Below, in pieces: positions 38,643-46,920 of a stretch of 64,000 nucleotides of DNA. The DNA is from Planctomycetota bacterium (GTDB lineage: Bacteria; Planctomycetota; UBA1135; UBA2386), in the NCBI GenBank assembly GCA_965228735.1, contig OZ245838.1:960001-1024000 (forward strand), given 5' to 3'. Position 1 is the first letter of the stretch; each line of letters opens with the position of its first letter. The notes beneath the pieces are model-generated. The model worked only from the letters and a program-made list of their open reading frames with translations, was not told the DNA's origin and did not search any database. A program made the translations under genes and the position numbers.

Positions 38643-40055
38643 ATGCGCGACCTGCTCGTCTTCGCGATCGTCATGCTGTCGATGCCGACGATCTTCCAGC
38701 GGCCGTTCTACGGCATGCTGGTGTTCAGCTGGCTGGCCTACATGCGGCCGCAGGATCTGTGCTGGGGCTTCGCCCGCACGATGCGCCTGTCGTTCCTCGT
38801 CGCGGCCGCGATGCTGCTCGGGTGGTACGCGAACGAGCGCGGGCGCAAACCGTTCGCCGTGTGGCACGACTATCGGTCCAAGCTGATGATCCTGCTCGGG
38901 CTGTTCGTCGCGATCAGCTACGCGTTCGCGAAGTACCAGACGAAGTACACCAACACCTATTTTTTCGAGTTCAACAAGATCATCGTCATCGCGCTGTTCA
39001 CGAGCGGGCAGGTCGACTCCGTGAAGCGCTTCAAGGTGATGGTCTGGACGATCGCCATCTGCCTCGGCTTCTTCGGGATCAAGGGCGGGCTGTTCGGGTT
39101 CCTCACGGGCGGCGGCACGCAGATCATCCGCGGGCCGGGCGGCATGCTCGAGGACAACAACGACTTCGCGCTCGCGCTCACGATGAACGTGCCGCTGCTG
39201 TGGTATCTCGGGATCGCGGAGCGCGACAAGCCGATCATCGGCAAGCTCTGCAAGGTCGGGATCCTGCTGACGGTCGTGACGATCCTGCTCACGCACAGCC
39301 GCGGCGCGTTCCTCGCGCTGACCGCGACGTCGCTGTGGATCGCGTGGCGCTCGGGCAAGATCTTCCGGGCGTTCTCCGTGCTCGCGCTGTTGGCGGCGCT
39401 GTTCCCGTTCCTCGCGCCCCAGGCGGTGCTCGACCGGCTGGCGACGATCGGGGAGGGCAGCCAGGAGAGCTCGATCAACGCGCGCTTCAAGGCGTGGCGG
39501 ACCGCGTTCAACATGATCGAGGACCGACCGATCCTCGGCGTCGGCATGCGCAACTTCCGCCCGCGCTACGAGGACTACGCGGCGCACGAGATCGTCGAAG
39601 GGGGCAAGACCTACGTCGCGCACAACAGCTACCTGCAGATCTGGGCGGAGAGCGGCACGCTCGCGTTCGGCGTCTATCTGCTGCTGCTCGGATCCGTGTT
39701 CTTCGCGTGCCGCCGGGTCTACCGCATCGGCATGAGTCGGCCGGACCTGCGTTGGGCCGCGGACTATGCGCGGATGATGGAGGCGACCACGGCCGGTTTC
39801 ATGGTGGGTGCGTTCTTCCTCAACCGCGGGCACTTCGATCTCGTCTACCACTGGTTCGCGCTCGTGGCGGCGCTGCTCGCCGTGACCAACGCCGCGTTCC
39901 GCGAGGATCCAGCGCTGTCGATGACGCGCGTGCGGCGGGAGCCGGGGGCCGGGGGCGGGGTGATCACCTCGCGGTGGCGATCGGCCGTGGATCGGGTCTC
40001 CGACGTCGGCGCGTCGATCGCGCGGGCCACGCCGACCTGGCAGCGGAGAACCTGA
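38643..40055 (+). CDS. Putative O-glycosylation ligase / Wzy-like polymerase, exosortase A system-associated
   Basis: MRDLL...RPFYG...W..YMRPQ...WGF, GPGGMLEDNNDFAL, THSRGAFL, RPILGVG, AHNSYLQIWAESG. Confidence 0.88.
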   Translation: MRDLLVFAIVMLSMPTIFQRPFYGMLVFSWLAYMRPQDLCWGFARTMRLSFLVAAAMLLGWYANERGRKPFAVWHDYRSKLMILLGLFVAISYAFAKYQTKYTNTYFFEFNKIIVIALFTSGQVDSVKRFKVMVWTIAICLGFFGIKGGLFGFLTGGGTQIIRGPGGMLEDNNDFALALTMNVPLLWYLGIAERDKPIIGKLCKVGILLTVVTILLTHSRGAFLALTATSLWIAWRSGKIFRAFSVLALLAALFPFLAPQAVLDRLATIGEGSQESSINARFKAWRTAFNMIEDRPILGVGMRNFRPRYEDYAAHEIVEGGKTYVAHNSYLQIWAESGTLAFGVYLLLLGSVFFACRRVYRIGMSRPDLRWAADYARMMEATTAGFMVGAFFLNRGHFDLVYHWFALVAALLAVTNAAFREDPALSMTRVRREPGAGGGVITSRWRSAVDRVSDVGASIARATPTWQRRT

Positions 40056-41923
40056 TGTGCGGCATCGCGGGGGTCTTCGCGTTCGATCGTGATCGCACCG
40101 TGCCGGCGGAGCTGGCGCGGGCGATGGCCGATCGGCTCGCGCACCGCGGGCCCGACGGCAGCGGCGTGCGGTCCGGGCCGGGCTACGCGCTCGGGCACCG
40201 GCGGCTGTCGATCGTCGACATCGCGGGCAGCCCGCAGCCGATGGCGTTGCCGGATGAACGGTTGTGGCTCGTGTTCAACGGCGAGATCTACAACTACGAG
40301 GAGCTGCGGCACGAACTCGCGGCGCAGGGCGTCCAGTTCAGGACGAGCGGCGACACCGAGGTGCTGCTGCACGGCTACCGGGCGTGGGGCACGGGGCTCG
40401 CCGCGCGACTGCGCGGCATGTTCGCGTTCGTGATCGTCAACGAGGACGAGCACACGCTGTACGCGGCGCGTGATCGACTCGGCAAGAAGCCGTTCTACTG
40501 GACCGAGCACGACGGGCAGTTCGCGTTCGCGAGCGAGCTCAAGGCGCTGCACGCGTTGTCGATCGATCGGCGGCTGCGGGCGGATGCCGTGGCGCAGTTC
40601 TTCGCGCTGCGCTACGTGCCGGACCCGCTGTCGATCTTCGATGGCGTGCAGAAGCTCGAACCGGCGCACTGGTGCCTCGTGCAGGGTGGCAAGATCCGGC
40701 GCGAGCGCTATTGGCAGCTCGAGTACGGCGAGGTCCCCGCAGCCGCCGCGGATCGGGCGGCCCTGCGCGAAGGGGTGCTGCAGCAGCTCGACGACGCGGT
40801 CAAGGTCCGCCTCATGGGCGAGGTGCCGCTCGCGCCGTTCCTGTCCGGCGGGATCGACAGCTACGCGATCGTCGACTCGATGACGCGGACGCTCGACCGC
40901 TCCGTGCGCGCGTGCACGATCGGCTTCTCGGATCCGCGCTTCGACGAACGCCCCGGTGCCCGTGAAGCGGCCGCCGCGTGCGGCGCCGAGCTCGTCGAGG
41001 AGGAGCTCGGACCAGAGGAGCTGCTGGACCTCGACTGGTTCACGGAGACGTTCGACGAGCCGTTCGGTGACAGCAGCGCCGTGCCGACCTATCACGTCAG
41101 TCGACTGGCCCGTCGTCACGTCACCGTGGCGCTCAGCGGTGACGGGGGTGACGAGGGCTTCGGTGGCTATCGCCGCTACCTGTTCGACGTGCGCGAGAAC
41201 GAGAGCCGCGACCGGCTGCCGCGCGGCCTATGGCGCGCGCTCGGCAGCGTCTACCCCAAGGCGGATTGGCTGCCGCGGTGGCTGCGGGCCAAGCGCACGC
41301 TGCAGAACCTCGCCGCGTCGCCGGCCATGGCCTATGCGCGTTCGGTGAGTGCGCACCTGCCCGAGGAGGTGCTCGCGGTGCTGCGGCCGGAGCATCACGC
41401 GGCCGCGGGTGACCCGCACGCGCCGATCATCACGGCCTACGAACGTCATCTTCACCTGCGATCGCCGCTGCAGCGCGCCGTGCTCACGGACCTCGGCACC
41501 TGGCTCGCCGGCGACATCCTCGTCAAGGTCGATCGCGCGTCGATGGCGGTGTCGCTCGAGGCCCGGGCGCCGTTCCTGGATCACAACCTGCTCGAGTTCG
41601 CCGCGACGATCCCGCCCGAGTTCCACCTCGAAGGTGGCCAGACCAAGGCGTTCCTGCGGGAGACGCTGAGCCAGCGCCTCACGCCGTCGGCGCTCACCCG
41701 CAAGAAGCAGGGGTTCTCCGTGCCGCTGCGGTCCTGGTGTCAGGGCCCGGTGGGGGATGCCGTCGCCGACGTGCTCGGCGATTCGATGCTCACGGAGTGG
41801 CTCGATCCCCACGTGGTCCGCAAGCTCCTCGACCGGCACCGCCGCGGCGTCGGCGATCACTCCGACATGCTCTGGGCCGTGCTCGTGTTCGCGCGCTTCC
41901 TGCGCCGGTGGTGTGCGGTATGA
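40055..41923 (+). CDS. asnB: Asparagine synthase (glutamine-hydrolysing)-family amidotransferase, EPS/exosortase-associated
   Basis: N-terminal MCGIAG, HRGPD, HRRLSIVD, FNGEIYN, LSGGIDS, SGDGGDE, KVDRASM, KKQGF. Confidence 0.93.
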   Translation: MCGIAGVFAFDRDRTVPAELARAMADRLAHRGPDGSGVRSGPGYALGHRRLSIVDIAGSPQPMALPDERLWLVFNGEIYNYEELRHELAAQGVQFRTSGDTEVLLHGYRAWGTGLAARLRGMFAFVIVNEDEHTLYAARDRLGKKPFYWTEHDGQFAFASELKALHALSIDRRLRADAVAQFFALRYVPDPLSIFDGVQKLEPAHWCLVQGGKIRRERYWQLEYGEVPAAAADRAALREGVLQQLDDAVKVRLMGEVPLAPFLSGGIDSYAIVDSMTRTLDRSVRACTIGFSDPRFDERPGAREAAAACGAELVEEELGPEELLDLDWFTETFDEPFGDSSAVPTYHVSRLARRHVTVALSGDGGDEGFGGYRRYLFDVRENESRDRLPRGLWRALGSVYPKADWLPRWLRAKRTLQNLAASPAMAYARSVSAHLPEEVLAVLRPEHHAAAGDPHAPIITAYERHLHLRSPLQRAVLTDLGTWLAGDILVKVDRASMAVSLEARAPFLDHNLLEFAATIPPEFHLEGGQTKAFLRETLSQRLTPSALTRKKQGFSVPLRSWCQGPVGDAVADVLGDSMLTEWLDPHVVRKLLDRHRRGVGDHSDMLWAVLVFARFLRRWCAV

Positions 41924-43101
41924 CGATCGTCACGTTCACCAACCTGTTCCCGTCGTCGGTCATGCCGCAGCACGGACTCTTCGTGCGGGAACGGATGCGG
42001 CGGGTGGCGACCGCGAGCGGCCTGCCATGGCGCGTGGTCGCGCCGGTCCCGGCCGTGACCTGGCCGTTCCGTCGCGGCATCTACCGCGAGTGGCACGCGG
42101 TCCCGGCGGTCGAGACGTGGGAGGGCATCGAGGTGCAGCACCCGCGCTACCGCCACTGGCCCGGGCTGTCGCTGCGGCGCCAGGCGGACGCCGTCGCGGC
42201 CGGCGCTCGACCGACCGTGAAGGCGCTCGCGGACGCGGGGCCGATCGTGCTCGACGCGCACTACGTCTGGCCCGATGGCGTCGCGGCAGCCACGCTCGCA
42301 GCGGAGCTCGACGTGCCGTTCGTCGTGACGGCGCGCGGGACCGATGTGAACGTCGTCGCGGACGATCCGGTCGTGCGCGAGCGGATCGCGGCGATGGCCG
42401 ATCGTGCCGCGGCGCTGTTCGCGGTCAGCGGCGCGTTGGCGGGCCGGTTCGCCGAGGTGGCCGGGGTGGCGACAGAGCGCGTGCGCGAGGTGCGCAACGG
42501 CGTCGATCTCGAACGCTTCCGGCCCGGTGATTCGGCCGGTGCCCGGCGCGAGCTCGGCCTGCCCGCGCAGGGCCGCCTCGTGCTCGGCGTCGGCCGCCTC
42601 GCCCCGGGCAAGGGCTTCCTCAGCGCCGCGCGGGTGCTCTCTCGGCTGCCCGACGACGTGCGACTCGTGCTCGTCGGCGACGGTCCGGATCGCGCGGCGA
42701 TCCAGGCAACCGCCGGCGACCGCGTGCATCTGCTTGGCTCGCGGCCGCCCGACGACGTCGCGACCGCGATGCGTGCGGCGGACCTGTTCGTGCTGCCGAC
42801 GCTGCGCGAGGGTTGGCCGAACGTCGTCACCGAGGCGCTCGCATCCGGCCTCCGGGTCGTGGCGAGCCGCGTCGGCGGGATTCCCGAGATCCTCGGGGAA
42901 CCTGGCGACGGCGCCGGACCGCTCGGCGCGCTCGTTCTGCCGAACGACGATGCGGCGCTGCTACGGGCGCTTCGGGACGTGCTCGCCGAGCCCGCGGATC
43001 GGGCCACGGTCCGCGCGTTCGCCGAACGCTACGGCTGGGACGAACCGGTGGAGTTCCTCAGCGGGATGTTCCGAAGGCTGCTGTCGGGAGTCGCCGCGTG
43101 A
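41920..43101 (+). CDS. Glycosyltransferase family 4 (TuaC-like)
   Basis: NLFPS...HGLFV, DAHYVWPDG, TARGTDVN, NGVD, EGWPNVVTEALASG. Confidence 0.9.
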   Translation: MTIVTFTNLFPSSVMPQHGLFVRERMRRVATASGLPWRVVAPVPAVTWPFRRGIYREWHAVPAVETWEGIEVQHPRYRHWPGLSLRRQADAVAAGARPTVKALADAGPIVLDAHYVWPDGVAAATLAAELDVPFVVTARGTDVNVVADDPVVRERIAAMADRAAALFAVSGALAGRFAEVAGVATERVREVRNGVDLERFRPGDSAGARRELGLPAQGRLVLGVGRLAPGKGFLSAARVLSRLPDDVRLVLVGDGPDRAAIQATAGDRVHLLGSRPPDDVATAMRAADLFVLPTLREGWPNVVTEALASGLRVVASRVGGIPEILGEPGDGAGPLGALVLPNDDAALLRALRDVLAEPADRATVRAFAERYGWDEPVEFLSGMFRRLLSGVAA

Positions 43102-44327
43102 GCCGCCCTTATCGCATCCTGTATCACCACCGCATCCGGGCCGACGACGGCCAGGCGGTGCACGTGCGGGAGCTCATCACGGCGCTGCGCGCGGCCGGCC
43201 ACGACGTGCTCGAGTGCGCGCTCGTGCCGAAGGCCGCAGGCTCTGCAGCCGCGACCGCAACCGCAGGCGAGGCGCCCCGCCGACCCGGCTTCTGGCAGAA
43301 GCTGTCGCTGCCGCGAACCGCGGTCGAGGCGCTCGAGATCGTCTACAACCACAAGGGCCGGTCGATGCTGCGCGCGGCCGCGCGCGACTTCCGGCCGGAC
43401 TTCGTCTACGAACGCCACGCGCTGCACTGTCGCGCCGGGCTCGACGTCGCGCGCGAGCTCGGTGTGCCGCTGTTGCTCGAGGTCAACTCGCCGATGGTCG
43501 CCGAGATGCGGCGGCTCGAGCTGCTGCGCTTCCCGAGGATCGCGACCCGCACGGAGCACACGGTGCTCGGCGGCGCGGACGCCGTGCTCGCCGTGACGCG
43601 GGTGCTCGGGGACATTCTCGTGCAGGCCGGGGCCCGCGCCGATCGCGTGCACGTCATCGGCAACGGCGCGGCGCCCGAGCGCTACGGTGACGAGGCGCGC
43701 GCGGCAGCAGGTGCGGTGCGGGAACGCTGGCAGCTTCCGGATGGCGCGTTCGCGCTCGGGTTCGTGGGCTACATGCGGCCATGGCACCGCCTCGATCTCG
43801 TGCTCGACGCGATGCAGCGACCGGGACTCGAACAGCTCGCCCTCGTCCTCATGGGGCGCGGCCCGGCGCTCGACCCGCTCCTCGCCGCGGCGCGGGAGCG
43901 CGGCATCAGCGATCGCGTCGTCGCCGTGGGCGAGGTGCCGGCAGCGCTGCTGCCGACCCACGTGCTCGCGTGCGATGGCGCGCTGATCCCGGCGATCAAC
44001 GACTACGCCTCACCGCTCAAGCTGTTCGATTCCCTCGCTGCGGGCATTCCTACGATCGCGCCCGACCAACCGAACCTGCGCGAAACCCTCGTCGACGGCG
44101 AGAACGGACTGCTGTTCCCGCCGGGTGACCCCGATGGGCTCGCGGCGCAGCTGCAGCGACTCGTCGGGGATCGCGCGTTCGCGGCGCGGCTCGGCGAGGC
44201 TGGCCGTGCGCGGCTGCTCGAACGGCGCTGGACCTGGGCCGGCAACGCGGAGCGCGTGATCGAGACCTTCGAGGGCCTGCGCTCCGCCGAGGCATCGAAC
44301 ACGGCCACCGCGGGAGCGCCGTCGTGA
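43098..44327 (+). CDS. Glycosyltransferase family 4
   Basis: DGQAVHVREL, YERH, LLEVNSP, GFVGYMRPWH, SPLKLFDSLAAG. Confidence 0.9.
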   Translation: MSRPYRILYHHRIRADDGQAVHVRELITALRAAGHDVLECALVPKAAGSAAATATAGEAPRRPGFWQKLSLPRTAVEALEIVYNHKGRSMLRAAARDFRPDFVYERHALHCRAGLDVARELGVPLLLEVNSPMVAEMRRLELLRFPRIATRTEHTVLGGADAVLAVTRVLGDILVQAGARADRVHVIGNGAAPERYGDEARAAAGAVRERWQLPDGAFALGFVGYMRPWHRLDLVLDAMQRPGLEQLALVLMGRGPALDPLLAAARERGISDRVVAVGEVPAALLPTHVLACDGALIPAINDYASPLKLFDSLAAGIPTIAPDQPNLRETLVDGENGLLFPPGDPDGLAAQLQRLVGDRAFAARLGEAGRARLLERRWTWAGNAERVIETFEGLRSAEASNTATAGAPS

Positions 44328-46018
44328 CGGCCGAACGCGCGCTGCGGATCTGGGCCGCCACGGTGCTGCCGCTGGCCGTCGCCTACTTCGCGACGGTCAG
44401 CTGGGTCGTCGAACGTTGGGAATCGCCGTCGGGCTACTACCAGCACGGCTGGCTGTTGCCGTTCGTCGGGCTCGTGCTGCTGTGGCAGGGGACGAAGCTC
44501 GACGCCGAGCTGCGCCGGGCCGTCACGCAGTGGAGCGTCGTCGGCGCGATCGCGATCGGCTACGGCGCGATCGCCGCGGTGCCCGCGTTCGTCGTGCTGG
44601 GACTCGCCGCGTTCGCGCTCGCCGGGATCGCCATGCTCGGCGCCGGGCGCTCGTGTCGGGTCGACACGCGGGCGCTATGGTTGCTCGTGCCGGGCCTGCT
44701 CGTGCACGTCGCGGGCGCCCTGCTCACGATCGACTCGCTGTCGGCGACGAGCCTCGTGCTCGTCGTGCCGGGTGCGCTGTGGTTCGCGCTCGGCTCGGAT
44801 GCGCTGCGCGGTCGCTGGCCGGTCCTGCTGCTCGTCGGGTTCGCGATCCCGATGCCGATGTACGTCGAGGGCCGCGTCGGGTTCGTGCTCAAGGAGTTCG
44901 CGGTCAGCGGCGGCGCCGCGCTCGCGAACATGCTCGGTGCCGGCGTGACCCGCAACGGCGCCGACCTGCTCGTCGCGGGTCAGGAGCGTTCGCTGTTCGT
45001 CGCCGAAGCATGCGGCGGACTCCGTTCGCTGCTCGCGATGATCACGCTCGGCTACTGCCTCGCGTTCTTCCTCGGAGCCCGCTCGTTCTTGCGACGCGCG
45101 CTGCTGTTGCTCGTGACGGTGCCAATGGCGATCTTCGCGAACGTGGTGCGCATCGCCGCGCTCTGCGTCATGGCGTCGGCGTTCGGCGTCGATTTCGCCG
45201 AGGGCACGGGTCACACGATCGCCAACATCGGGGAGTGGGGCGCCGACGTCGGCGCGCTGCTGCTGCTCGATTGGCTGATCACGCGGCTGCTGTTGCGTGG
45301 CCGGACCGCGGCTGCCGAGCCGGCACCGCTTGCGGCCACCGAGCCGGTGGCTCCGAGCCGCGGACGCTCGTTCGTGCTCACCGCCGCGGCGCTCTGGCTG
45401 CTGACCGCCCCAGTGCTGTGGCTGTCCTACTACCGGCCGCCGGAGAGCGGCGGCGGCCGCGCTGCGCAGCTGCCGGACGAGCTCGCCGGCTTCCGCCACG
45501 TTCCCCGGCCGGACGACAAGGAGGCGGAGTTCCGCGCCGCACTGCCCCGCTTCGTCGAGCTCCTCGGCACGGATGACTTCGTGTGGCGCGAGTATCGCAA
45601 CGCGGCCGGCAAGCGGATCTTCGTCGTCGCCCTCTTCCACGACACGAACTGGAAGAGCGTGCATCCGCCGCGGATCTGCATCGAGGGCAGCAACATGGAC
45701 ATCGAGATCGATGACCACCGGGCGGCGCCGTGGCTCGGGGACGACGTCGCACTGAGCCGGATCGTGGCCCGCAGCCACGTCGACGACTGGCAGTATCTGA
45801 CCCTGTCCGTCTTCGGCACGGACGCGTGGGCCTCCGGTCTCTACTCGGACTTCACGTGGCACCATCTGCCGCGCGCGCTGCTTCGGCAGTCGCAGTCCGG
45901 TTTCCTGCTGCGGGTCGAGACCCCGGTCACGCCGGGGGAAGCGCTCGACGTGGCGGCGGACCGGTGCGATGGTTTCCTGCGCGCCCTCGTGCCCGCCGCG
46001 CGGTCGCTCCTCCGATGA
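44324..46018 (+). CDS. Exosortase (EpsH/XrtA-like) fused to EpsI-like periplasmic domain
   Basis: YQHGWL; catalytic Cys in VAEACGGLRS, Arg in ANVVRI, His in GHT; EpsI motif HPPRICIEGS. Confidence 0.92.
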   Translation: MTAERALRIWAATVLPLAVAYFATVSWVVERWESPSGYYQHGWLLPFVGLVLLWQGTKLDAELRRAVTQWSVVGAIAIGYGAIAAVPAFVVLGLAAFALAGIAMLGAGRSCRVDTRALWLLVPGLLVHVAGALLTIDSLSATSLVLVVPGALWFALGSDALRGRWPVLLLVGFAIPMPMYVEGRVGFVLKEFAVSGGAALANMLGAGVTRNGADLLVAGQERSLFVAEACGGLRSLLAMITLGYCLAFFLGARSFLRRALLLLVTVPMAIFANVVRIAALCVMASAFGVDFAEGTGHTIANIGEWGADVGALLLLDWLITRLLLRGRTAAAEPAPLAATEPVAPSRGRSFVLTAAALWLLTAPVLWLSYYRPPESGGGRAAQLPDELAGFRHVPRPDDKEAEFRAALPRFVELLGTDDFVWREYRNAAGKRIFVVALFHDTNWKSVHPPRICIEGSNMDIEIDDHRAAPWLGDDVALSRIVARSHVDDWQYLTLSVFGTDAWASGLYSDFTWHHLPRALLRQSQSGFLLRVETPVTPGEALDVAADRCDGFLRALVPAARSLLR

Positions 46019-46920
46019 CGATCCAGCACGCTCTCTCCGTCGACGTCGAGGACTGGTTCCAGGTCCTCAACATGGCGCACGTGATCGATCGGGCCCGGTG
46101 GGACGAGTTCGAGCTGCGGTGTGGCGACTCGACGAAGCGGCTGCTCGAGCTGTTCGACCGGCGGGGCGCGCGCGCGACGTTCTTCTTCCTCGGCTGGATC
46201 GCCGAACGACTGCCGGACCTGGTGCGCGAGGTGGTCGCGGCCGGCCACGAGATCGGCAGCCACGGGTACGACCACCGCGTGTTGCCCGACCTCGGTCAGG
46301 AGGGTTTCCGGAACGACCTGGAACGGACGGCGCGCGTGCTCGAGGACCTCACGGGCCAACGCCCCGTCGCGTTCCGGGCCTGCACCTGGTCGATCGGCAA
46401 GCGCACGCCGTGGGCGATCGACGAACTGCTGCGGGCCGGCATCACGCTCGACAGCTCGATCCAGCCCGTGACCCACCCGGATTACGGGGTGCCCGGGGCG
46501 CCGACGACGCCGTACGTGGTCCACGGTTCGGCGACGGCCGGGGGGGATCCGCCCGAGCTGCTCGAGTTCCCGCCGCTCACGTACGACGTGCTCGGCCGGC
46601 AGCTGCCGGTCGGCGGTGGCGGATACCTGCGGCTCTTCCCGCTCGCGCTCCTGCGCGCCGGCCTGCGGCAGAAGGAACGGCTCGGCGTGCCCGGTTGTCT
46701 CTACCTGCACCCTTGGGAGGTCGACCCCGAGCAGCCGCGGCAGGCGCTCGGCGGCATCCGTGGCTTCCGGCACTACGTCAACCTGAAGCGCACGCTGCCG
46801 AAGCTGGATCGACTGCTCGAGCAGTTCCCGTTCGTCGGACTGACCGAAGCGCTCGCTCAGCGCGGCTCGAGCTGGCGCGCGAAGCTGCCGGCGTATCGCG
46901 CAGCCGAGCTGCTCGCGTAG
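46015..46920 (+). CDS. Polysaccharide deacetylase, exosortase A system-associated (DUF3473)
   Basis: SVDVEDWFQ, ATFFFLGW, HEIGSHGYDH, PVGGGGYLRL, YLHPWEVDPEQP, FRHYVNL. Confidence 0.92.
   Translation: MTIQHALSVDVEDWFQVLNMAHVIDRARWDEFELRCGDSTKRLLELFDRRGARATFFFLGWIAERLPDLVREVVAAGHEIGSHGYDHRVLPDLGQEGFRNDLERTARVLEDLTGQRPVAFRACTWSIGKRTPWAIDELLRAGITLDSSIQPVTHPDYGVPGAPTTPYVVHGSATAGGDPPELLEFPPLTYDVLGRQLPVGGGGYLRLFPLALLRAGLRQKERLGVPGCLYLHPWEVDPEQPRQALGGIRGFRHYVNLKRTLPKLDRLLEQFPFVGLTEALAQRGSSWRAKLPAYRAAELLA

Noticed and set aside
6413..44574. Frequent GCGATCGC (HIP1-like) octamers, at least 12 seen (e.g. 6413, 13135, 18782, 23585, 31303, 44546)
   Set aside because: They are readily produced by preferred codons (GCG ATC GCN; CGC GAT CGC). 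A codon-preserving shuffle test would be needed to claim enrichment.
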